Shown piece after piece: positions 9,737-22,629 of a stretch of 33,421 nt of DNA. Position 1 is the stretch's first letter; each line of letters starts with the position of its first letter. The DNA lies in NCBI GenBank assembly GCA_000165425.1, contig CT868661.1, positions 186,001 through 219,421 of the forward strand, written 5' to 3'. Both the position numbers and the translations under genes were made by a program. The DNA comes from Paramecium tetraurelia (taxonomy: Eukaryota). The notes beneath the pieces are model-generated. The model had not been told where the DNA came from and did no database searches. It saw only the letters and a program-made list of their open reading frames with translations.

Positions 9737-11051
9737 CATTAATCATAAAAGCATCTAGGCTTTGAGTGATTTGGCCATATTGAAATTGAATCTCCACAAT
9801 CTCTAAGTTGTCACTTGTGCACACCTATTGTTTATAATCCAATCTCTTATTTATACCCATCTGAATAAACCAATGATATGTCTACATGTTGACAACCTCA
9901 GCACTGTGTCAGAGATTCAAGAAATCTCTTTGTAAGTGAATCCCAGAACATGATACCTTCCTACAGAGTTATTTCCTTCCTTAAAAAAAATAAAAATACT
10001 AAATTTGTAGTTTTATTACTGCTATATCTATTTGTTTAAAGGGATAAATTTTTGTTTTTAAAATCTCAGCACAATATATTCTGAACTGCAAAACATTAAT
10101 TTAAGGTCTAAGATATAAGAGTTTCTAGCAGAAATTAGTCAATGAATATAAGGCAATGGCTCTGAATTAGAACACTATTTGGTTTGATATCTCTATATTA
10201 TACTCTCCTAGAATGTATATGAGATATTGCAGTTAGAAGATTGAAAATACCTTAAGTGATTAAACTCTATTTAAAATTTCCGAAATTCTCATTAATCCAA
10301 ATCCTGATTATGATTGTAAGATCTCTTTATTCAAACTTTATTTGGCTATGAAAATTTTGAACATAGAAATCCTTCTTATATATTAGATTTAAGCATATCA
10401 TAAAAGGATAACCTCATAATTTCTATAAAGATTCAACTTGCAAAGATTATATGCCTTTTTTACTTAGAATTAAATTAATAATTTTTATTGTTATCTTGTA
10501 ATCATTTTAACTAATTCTAATTATATTGGATGCAATTCAAATAAAGTTGATGTTGCTATTGAATTACTGTGGTTTATTTATAAAATTATTGTAATAACCC
10601 AAAAATTTTAAGGGATGTAATTTAGCAATATCTATAAAAAATAGATATTTCCTCTTTGATTTAATGAGAACTTTAAAATGTTATTTAAGTTTTTCTAAAA
10701 TGTATGAACTTTGAAATACAGAAACCCATTCTTAAATTCATCTGCTAAGTATCTTCTATTAATCTTTTTGTCTCTGTTTTATTCCATATTTGCTATTGGT
10801 TAATACTTCATGAGATAACTAATTTTATAAACCTATAGTTATCGGAAATGCATTTAGATAAGTTGATTGAATAAAATTCTTTATATTATCTCTCAGGACA
10901 TATTCCAAATAGACAGGGATAAATTTGTTATATTATTTCATCAATACATCCCATTGATAAAGTACAATTGCATTGTACCTTGTTATTAATAGGGAAGTGG
11001 AGGTGGGTGATTATGCAATTTGCATCTGAACTGAGTGTTCATTTGAAACAT
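9737..11051 (-). pseudogene. Probable decayed gene for a Cys-rich (RING/IBR-like?) protein
   Basis: Coding-like composition over 1.3 kb. ATG 11051 gives MFQMNTQFRCKLHNHPPP and the next frame gives VQCNCTLSMGCIDEIIQQIYPCLFGICPE. Downstream, all frames are interrupted by TGA (e.g. TQC*GCQH near 9898) and I could not rescue them with canonical tiny introns. Boundaries are approximate. Confidence 0.4.
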
Positions 11052-11121
11052 AAAAATAGTTCTCTTAAATGAAAAGATGTAATTATATAATATTTTTATA
11101 TTTGAATATTGATGATTAACG

Positions 11122-11540
11122 TCAACCCTTCTTGTTTTCCAAATTCTCGAATTTTACCCATGAAGATCCAGATTCAATACTTTCTAACTAAAATGCAGAT
11201 ATTCACACACAGTTTACTTCATCAGCTATTTCTTCTTCTGTATGCCCACTACGTAAAACTGATGTCCAAAAGTTTAGCCACTCCTCTTCTGATATCGTAC
11301 CACTATTGTCAGTGTCTACTGACTTAAATAATTCCTCTGTATTCAATTTTGCAAAATTACTCTTCCTTCATTACCATTGACATTTATATAAATACCAATA
11401 TTTTATTGTTTCCGACTTCTCAATGGACTTTGATCCATCCACATCGAATCTTGCGAATAACTTTAACACTCGTTCTCTCATTTATGGAGATAACTGTATT
11501 ATTTACAATTCTATACCTCTTTCCCTTAAGTTGGACCCAT
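11122..11540 (-). CDS. Small two-EF-hand Ca2+-binding protein with N-terminal MG (possible myristoylation), 111 aa
   Basis: MGPTQGKELSPQMRERVLKLFARFDVDGSKSIEKSETIKYWKSNFAKLNTEELFKSVDTDNSGTISEEEWLNFW... EF loops are DVDGSKSIEKSE and DTDNSGTISEEE. Introns 11494-11516, 11366-11395 and 11188-11217; spliced 336 nt. Confidence 0.92.
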
Positions 11541-11566
11541 TCCTTATATTTTTTATAAATTTATTA

Positions 11567-14500
11567 ATGAATGACTAGGATTCTGGTTAGCACTTTCCAT
11601 AGTCTCATCAGGCTCAAAATCAAATAGAAATCGCCAATAGAACATATAGCGAAATCCGTATGGAGCAGATTGTTGACGATTCTGACTACTTGTATCAATC
11701 CATGATCGATGATGACCAATACTCTAGGGTCAAGGTCATTCCTACTATAGCTAATGAAACCATCATCTACCGAAATACTATTGATATGAAGAGATAACAA
11801 CCTAACATATTTTAAAGATGCTTTGGAGGAAAGAGATCTTCGAATAAAGTTACTATGGCCTAGATCATTGATCTTCGATAAAAGGAGTTATTTAATGATT
11901 ATGTATACGAGACTCAAAAGGATGGGTTCCTTAAGCATGTCTAAAAGTACATTCATAAAATCAAAGTTCTTGAACCAGACTCATAATTTTACATCTTTTG
12001 GTAGGTCCTAAATAGTGCTATGGTTATGATATTTTTCTTTTAAATACCTTTTGTTTTTGCGTATTAACCTCTTATAAAAGAGAAACAATCAGAGGACTAT
12101 TTGAATTTCGAAATGTATGTATTAAATTTAGCAATTGCAATATTTATAGTTGACATTGCTCTCTCTTTCAATATTGCCTTTTACAAATAAGGATATTTGG
12201 TGAGTGGGAGGAAACAAATAGCTTTAAACTATTTAAAAACTTATCTCTTCTTAGATCTGATCCCTTTATTTTGTCTAATTGAATATCGGATATTTCTTCT
12301 TTCTGACACACAATTCGGGATCGAGATATTCTGCTTTCTTTTTAAAATTTACGAAGTCTTCAAAACTAGCAATATGATAGAAGAATACTTGCAATTAGAA
12401 CCTTCAAGATTGTCAAAGTATAGATTTCTAATGGTTATGCTTACTATCATTTGGCTATGTCATTTATTTGCATGTGTATTCTTTTTTATTGGAAGAAGGG
12501 AACTTAGTAAAGAAGACGATAGTGTTTCTTGGTTAAGTGAAAGTGATTTGATAAAAATGCATGGTGGATATACTAATTTAAAAAAACATATCTTTGAATT
12601 GCATTTATACTCCTTTTATTGGGCTGTCACTACTATGATTTCAGTTGGGTATGGAGATGTGACTCCTAAAAATGCGTGGGAAGTTGTTGTTACTGTAGTG
12701 ACATAATTTATATCTTGTATTGTGTTTGCATATTCTGTTAATGCAATTTGGGAGATGATTAATTTATAGAATGAAAATAAACAGAAATTTCAGTATTTCT
12801 TAAAACATTATTTATTCTAGAAAGTATGTTAATGCAATTGAAAGATTTATGCGAGAACATAATGTGGACAGGCAATTAAAAGCCAGAATAGCAGCCTACT
12901 TATACCATCTTTGGGAATCTGAAAAAGCAAGGGATCACGAACTAGAATAGGCCATGATCCTAAAACTAGCTCCTGCTCTTAGAGAAGAATTAATTTATTA
13001 AACCCTAGGCAAGATGCTCAATCACAATAAATTCTTCAGTTCCTTCCAATAAGATCTCTTAATAGAGATGGCATAAGATATTTAATAGTAATACTATTCT
13101 TAAGAAGAAGTGATATTCTAAGAAAGGGAAGAAATAGATGACTTTCCAGTCTTCTTCTTAACTAAGGGCTCTGTAGAAATATACTTGGATAGTGAGAAAC
13201 GAATCAAATTGCACATTATGAAATCAGGCATCTTTGGAATTGTTGCTTTTATCACTGGCCATAAGAGAACAGCTTCAGCCCGTTGCTTAACTTACTCAGT
13301 TATATACAAACTCTCTAGAACTTAATTTTTAAATAGACTAGAGAAATATTCTAAGGAGAAATAAAAATTCTTTGAGATCAGACATTAAGTTCTCTTCAAT
13401 AAGAACTAAGTAGATTTAAAGTGTTACATTTGTGAAAGCAAAAAGCATTTAATTACCAATTGCAGAAAGACTCTCTACATACCTGAGAAAGTGTCTATTA
13501 TATTTGAAACATACAATATTAAGAATCCCAGAAACCCAGCCTATTAAAGAAGAGTAGTCAAACAATAGTTTAAAGCTCTGTCTCACATAAGGGAAGTGTA
13601 AGTTAATGCAGTTGCCATGAAGAAGTACTTCCAAAATATCACATTCACCCAAAATTCAAGTGATGAAGATATAGAGTATAGTTCAGATGTGGATGATTAT
13701 GAAGAGGAGATGGAGGACATTAAGAAGATAGTTGAGTAGGAGAAGGTAAATGCATAATTAAGAAGGAGAGGACAATGGATAGTTGATGACGATTATGAGA
13801 TGAAGATTGATGAAGGTTAGGATAATCAGAGTTTAGAGTAGTTATCAGATGGATTCAGAAAGTCTTAGCATTTAATTAAGCATTCTGATGAGGAAATCAA
13901 AAAGTAATCTAATAATAATAAAAAACAGAAATTCCAAAATCTAGTAAGATTATAAAAACTTAGGAATGTTAGAACTTATTCCATGTCCAGTTTGTCTCCA
14001 ATTTAAGAATAAGTGAAGAAGCCCTCTCTCGTTAAAAAAGAGAAGACTCCATTAATGGCAAATAATGTTGTAGCGTAAAGGAAGAAGAGTAAATTAATAT
14101 TGTAAAATGAAATCCAAGTATGCGATAAGTCTTAATAACTTCAATAATCCAATGAGAAGTTGGATAAAGTATAATCACCTGATAGACATGTGTATAATGA
14201 ATCTAAAAAGAGTGAACTCATAAGAAAGATGAAATTTCTTTCTATTGCTTAGCCTAAGAATAAAGAAATTTAATCGATTTTAGATGAACTTAAGTAATTA
14301 CTTCTATTATTATGATAGAACTTATATATAAAATAGTTAGAATTTATAAGGTAGTGTTGCAAAAGAGACTGGATCTTCTTTGAGGACTGAGAAGGTTGAT
14401 AATAATATTTAATAAGTTGAAACTCATTCTGATGTTGATAGTCAATTTAGCATAGATCAAATGGCTAATTTTGATGCTTTTTTTGAAGAGGAGAATCCTG

Positions 14501-14583
14501 AAAAAGTAATAAAGAAGTTCAAAAAGCAAGCAAAAGAAAAACAGAAATAAAGAAGAACTACCATGATGAGACAATTTGTTTGA
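11567..14583 (+). CDS. Cyclic-nucleotide-binding-domain K+ channel (KCNH/HCN/CNG superfamily), ~987 aa
   Basis: TM segments, pore SFYWAVTTMISVGYGDVTP, C-linker, CNBD (FFLTKGSVEIY...FGIVAFITGHKRTASARC) and CYICESKKHLITNC. Introns 12793-12820 and 14294-14318; spliced 2964 nt. Confidence 0.95.
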
Positions 14584-14735
14584 GAATCAAGATACATATT
14601 TATTTTTTATATCTTACAATCATCTTTCAATTATATTAATCATTCGAATTCAGAGCAATTGATTAATTGCTATTGTTTATTATACAATGTATTCAATATT
14701 TTATTATTAATTTATAAATAAAATTTAACGTATAT

Positions 14736-16156
14736 ATGAGTTAATTAGAACCATTTGAGCATCATTATAGTATTTAATACTTGGAAGTATTTGGATGTTG
14801 TCACACGAATCGACATATCTACTCAGAGAAAATGATTTGCAAAGATTGTGGCATCTTCTTAAATAATGTAAAATTCATCATTAACTCTTAGCCCAACACC
14901 AAAGTCTACAAAACACTCAAAATGAAATACAATGCATTTTTCAATCCAATTAAAGTGTTGCAAAAGATGATGGTAGAAGGTTAGCCAGCTGGACCTATCA
15001 AATAAAGATAATAATTCATAGAATTCATTTTGCAAGTGTCAGAAAGACTTAATCTCTCAATCAATACTTGTTTCCTAGCCATTGATTACATTGATGAATA
15101 TTTCAATAAGGCTACAGTCGATGAAAATCAAACATATCTATTTGTTTCGACAGCCCTTATGTTAGCGGCTAAGGCATAAGAACTTGATGAAAGAGTTCCT
15201 TTTATCAGCAAACTTAAGAGATATGCCTCTATGACTAATCATCCTGAAATCAGTCAATTTAGCACACAAGATTTTAAATCTGCAGAAAAATAATTAATAT
15301 AATCATTGGAATGGAAACTACAAAGGAATACCCTATTAGATAGAATAGAAACTCTATTATCTTTTGGTGTAATTGACGATGATGATAGTTTAGGGCAACA
15401 ATAGTAAAAAGAAAATAAGGATTCAACTCATCAACAACATATCAAACTGAGGGACTTATAAGAAAATCAGATCTTATATTATGTTAAAGAAGTAGAGAGT
15501 AAATATGTTGAAATAGCTTTGTAAATTATTAAAGGTATTATTTCATTATATTAATAATTATTTTAGATGATTAACTATATTTCCAAACTGATTAGACTAT
15601 CCTGGCTTTATCATGTGTTGCTTATCTAAGAAAAAAGGCTGGTCTTTTAAATATTTGGTCCCAGCAATTGTAAAGTCTGACTGGCTTTGGTGCTTAGAAA
15701 ATATCATCTTCTGTTTCTTAAATAATGACTCTTATTGCCAAAAGTAAGAGTTTCAAAACAATCTCAAAATTGTAGGTTAACCCTTCAGATTTATATTATG
15801 AATAAGTCAACACTCCTATCAACACTCTCACAACAGTCAATTCAAATCACCTTCTGAATAGATAATTTTAGTTTGAATAAAAAAGGCAATCGTTTGGTGA
15901 TGCTATGAATCAAAAAGTCAAAGTTCATCTGTTTTAATCTTAATCAACTGCTCACTTTGGTGATCTTAGCAAGTAGCAACTATACTATAATAACATGAAT
16001 TACACTACAAATACCAATTACTCATTTTTGAATGACAACTCTATAGGTCCTAGTAATTACATTAATTGTCATAAGATTCATCATAATGGGGAACTTGATA
16101 AAAAGTACGAATAAGCGCATAAAGTTGGGGTCAGTATGTTTAGATAAATGCAGTGA
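14736..16156 (+). CDS. Cyclin (cyclin-box protein), ~454-462 aa
   Basis: RQQFIEFILQVSERLNLSINTCFLAIDYIDEYF...LFVSTALMLAAKAQELDERVP...AEKQLIQSLEWKL. Introns 14868-14891 (24 nt, 3n, uncertain) and 15535-15566; TGA 16154-16156. Confidence 0.9.
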
Positions 16157-16530
16157 CTATCTTATATTTTACTAATAAGGATAAAAATCATATATTTTTA
16201 AGTTGGTTTTCTCGAAAAGTAATCATATCAATAATTATTGAAAGAATTTAGATATTCTTAAATATTTAATTATAAATATAATCGTTTTTAGAAAGACTAA
16301 ATATTTTTAATTTAAATTATATTTGTAATAATACTTCTAGATCAAAATTATGTAAAAATTTATATATTCTCATCTCTAAATTCTTTGGAATTGCATCTAA
16401 TTGATTAGCTTATTATTTAATTAGCATATCAGAATTTGTTGCTCGTGTTATTATTTTTTATACGTAATTATTTATAAGGATAATATTTGCTTTCTAAAAT
16501 TTTCTATTTTCTTAATTATTTTTATTTGTG

Positions 16531-18995
<2,465 letters not shown>

Positions 18996-19182
18996 ATTAT
19001 ATATTTTATGTATATTTCTTAATAGTATTCATCAGATTTTGAATGAGTCACGGGTATGTTCTAATTATAATTATATAATTTTTGGGGATTTAAAACAGAA
19101 GTATCTTTTAAATAAATCATCATTAAAGCAGAAGATGTCAATGGTTAGATAAATTTATTATATAAAATAACCTTAAATCTAT

Positions 19183-20840
19183 ATGAAGCGATCATTGAAA
19201 CAGAAAAAACAATCTAAAAGCTCTAAGAATTCTGATGATATTACTGAGCCTCATGCAAAACTCTTACTGGAACGTTTCCCATATTCTATTAAAGACCTTC
19301 AATTTAGAGAAGTTCCGACTATGCAAGTGAACTAAGACTTTTTTTTGGATCCCTTTAAGACAATAGAACATCTTTATGCCAAAGGCTATGAGAAATTTGG
19401 CATAGTGAAATTGCTTTTGCCTCCTGAGTTAATAGTTCCGGAGAAAAAGTTCTTTAGTGATTTGGAGTTGAAGTTGAAGGGAAAGAGAGTGGAGACAAGA
19501 GTTTAGACTTTGAATTCGCTATAAGCAGGAGAAGTAAGTGCGTTTATTTAGATTAGATATTTGGTTCGAATACTGTTGGATTCACATTACAAGAGTATAT
19601 GAGCTACGCTAACAAATTCGAATGTAGTCACAAGTTATAGGGAGTAAGGGAAGTTTCGAATCAAATCAGGTAGAATGAGATAGAATTCTGGTCGATAGTG
19701 GACTTCCCAGAGAGGTACGATGAAGTTGAGGTGGAGTATGCAGCTGATTTGTTGGCAACCAAGTATGCCACCGGTTTCTAAGATGGACAGTTGGGAAATT
19801 TGAGTAGCATAAACAAGAATAGCAATTCTATCTTCTAAGTTCTCCAAGAGAAGAGTGAGATGAGTGGAATTTCAGTGCCTTGGCTGTACTTGGGAATGAA
19901 GTATGCTAACTTCTGTTGGCATAAGGAAGACTTGAATTTAAATTCCTTAAACTACATGCATGCTGGAGCTCCAAAAACATGGTATGAATGTCCTATCTAA
20001 CATAAGGTATGCGATCCCTCCATCTCATAGTGAAAAGTTTTTACAATATTTCAATAAGAAGTATGAGAAAGAAAGAATACATAACCCTCGTCTCTTGTAT
20101 GACATAGTATGTCAGATTTCGCCTATCGAATTGGCTGAGCAATAAATTACAGTTATCAGGACAGAACAGCACCCTGGTGAACTTATTATCACTTTAGGTG
20201 CTACCTATCATGCAGGATTCTCACATGGTATTTTATTAAATATAAATTATAGGATTCAATTGCAGCGAGGCAGTCAACATTGCTCCTTCACAATGGCTTG
20301 ATGAATATGATCGTGCTTCAGCTGAGTATCGTATGGATGGCAACTTAAAAAAAGTAATCTTTGATTTAAATTGTCTCAGATTAGTTTTCCCTTGGAATGG
20401 CTACTAACCAAGGTTGCCCTTATGGCAGATCAAGTCAAGTTTACTAAATAATCATGGATCAAGGTATGTTTATTTGTGCTTACTTTTTCAGTTATATGAC
20501 AAATTTAAAATGATGATCCGGACTGAAATTGATAGTCGAAACAGCATCCTAGCTCTCTACGAATAGGTTAAGACTGTAGAATTTGCAAATAAATTAGAGA
20601 AGTATGATCGGAATGTCTGCAAAATCTGTTCAAATTATATGTTCTCTAGTTATATTTTCTGTGGAAAGTAAATCTTGTGTTGATCATTATAGGTGTTTAA
20701 AAAAGGGATGCATTGCTCATCAAAGTGTTTGTGCGTGTTCGAATCCCAAGATTTCCCTCTATATTCGATACAATAGTGAGGAATTATAAACAATGCTTAC
20801 AACCTTAGAATCAAAGGCCAATTCCAAAACGGGGTTGTGA
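19183..20840 (+). CDS. JmjN/JmjC histone demethylase with C5HC2-type zinc finger (KDM5/JARID1-like), ~501 aa
   Basis: JmjN (EVPTM...FLDPFKTIEHL...EKFGIVKLLLP), JmjC (SGISVPWLYLGMKYANFCWHKED...[29 protein letters not shown]) and CKICSNYMFSSYIFCGKCLKKGCIAHQSVCAC. Six introns of 23-28 nt; spliced 1506 nt. Confidence 0.93.
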
Positions 20841-21198
20841 TTACATTAAATACTAATCAATTTAAAAGAAATTCATTTATATTATACTAAAAACTAGTTG
20901 AAATTTAATTCATCACCCTAAAAACAAAAAAACAAAAATATCTAACCTAACTTCACTTTACATAAAACTTATCAAGAATTTACAACTTTTACTTTACCTA
21001 ACATAATTATGTTTCTATTTATAAATTTTTATTAAAAATGGGATTATATTGGAAACGTTCAAAAAAATCAATTACTTTTTATGATTTAAGATATATACTA
21101 ACAATTTCTCATTTAATCATTATTCATCATCAGATTTCTTACAAAATGTTGATTAATACAATAATTATATATAATTTTGATAATTTTTAATTGTTTTG

Positions 21199-21495
21199 AT
21201 GGATGCTTTTCTAGCACATAATCACGTAATCATACTTACTGTTGCTGCTGTGAATGTTCTTTTATGTCTCATGCCTCCTTATAATCAAACTATTGCAAAA
21301 TAATCACATTTTATCGATGATAATGATGATAGCATTTAAGAAAGCACTACTAAAGTTTAAAGATAAAATCATAAATTCTAAACAGAAGAGGAAGAAGAGG
21401 AAGAAAACGTTGGTTGTCGTAAAAGTAACCAAGTCTAAGAATCTGACGAGTAAGATGAAGTCTTTTTTAGAATTTATGATGGTCTTAAAAAGTGA
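21199..21495 (+). CDS. Small hypothetical protein (98 aa) with hydrophobic N-terminal segment and acidic tail
   Basis: MDAFLAHNHVIILTVAAVNVLLCLMPP...TEEEEEEENVGC...RIYDGLKK-TGA, flanked by AT-rich intergenic DNA. Confidence 0.55.
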
Positions 21496-21722
21496 TTTAA
21501 TACTCATTTCATAACCGATTATATTTTAATTTCTATTAAACAAAGTATTCATTAGAAGAGGTTTAAATTCTAAAATAATTGCTTAAATCATTAATCATAA
21601 TTTTATTCTCTTCCTTTATGAAATCTGAATTAAACAAATCAAATAAACATGAATAATAAACCAAAATTATATAAGAAACTATAGTAAATCACACTAAGTA
21701 ATAATGAAATGAATAGTTATTC

Positions 21723-22484
21723 TCAACAACATAAATCTTCCTGCTTCTTTTTTTCTTATTATTATTGCTATTATCTAGTTTACAATCTCATATTTGAAGT
21801 TTTTCTTACTACAGCCTTGGAGTTATGAATTTCTCGGTTTAAAATATTTTTTGTAATGTGAGTAAAAGCTGCTTCAATATTGATTGATGATTTGGCACTA
21901 GTTTCATAGAAAGGAAATTAATATTATCTGGCTAAAATAGGAATATAAAATAGAATTACATAATTCTAATCCTTCCTCATATGAAACTTCTCTTCTCTCT
22001 GTAATATCTGCTTTATTTCCAACTAACATTCTGTTCACTGATTCTGATGCATACCTCATATTAATGATAAAGAGTACTTATCAATTTCAGCTATCCAAGT
22101 TTTCACATTTTCAAAGGACTCTCTGTCAGTAATATCATAAACGATAATAATACCTTGGGCACCTCTGTAATAGCTGCAAGTTATTGTTCTGAATCTGTCT
22201 TAGCCTGCAGTGTCCCACTATGTTTATAAATATTTATAATTAACAATCTGCAATTTAACATTGTTTTCACCGATGGCAACAGTTTTAGTTTTAAAATCCA
22301 CTCCAATGGTGTTGTAGAAATTGTTGGTGAATTGATTTTCCTTAAACATTAATGAGGGTATATTACAGAATATCTCATAAGCATACACGACTTGCCCACA
22401 CCAGAATTTCCAATTAATAATACTTTGAAAAGGAATTGACTAAGGAATTAGAAAACATGATTACTAATCAGAGTTTGAGCTCAT
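21723..22484 (-). CDS. RAB1: Rab1-like small GTPase, 210 aa
   Basis: [62 protein letters not shown] and a C-terminal CC prenylation motif. Five introns (23-28 nt); spliced 633 nt. Confidence 0.93.
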
Positions 22485-22629
22485 TTTTATTTCAAAATTA
22501 TTACTGTTAATAATTAAATAAATTAGAATTATAAAATATCCTAAGAGAATAATATAAATAACCCTCCAGATTATAAATGAATTGAAAATAAATAAGATAA
22601 AAAATTTACAATACAAACGTATAAATGAA

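Noticed and set aside
19044..19050. AP-1-like TGAGTCA upstream of the JmjC gene
   Set aside because: Single 7-mer with no supporting evidence.
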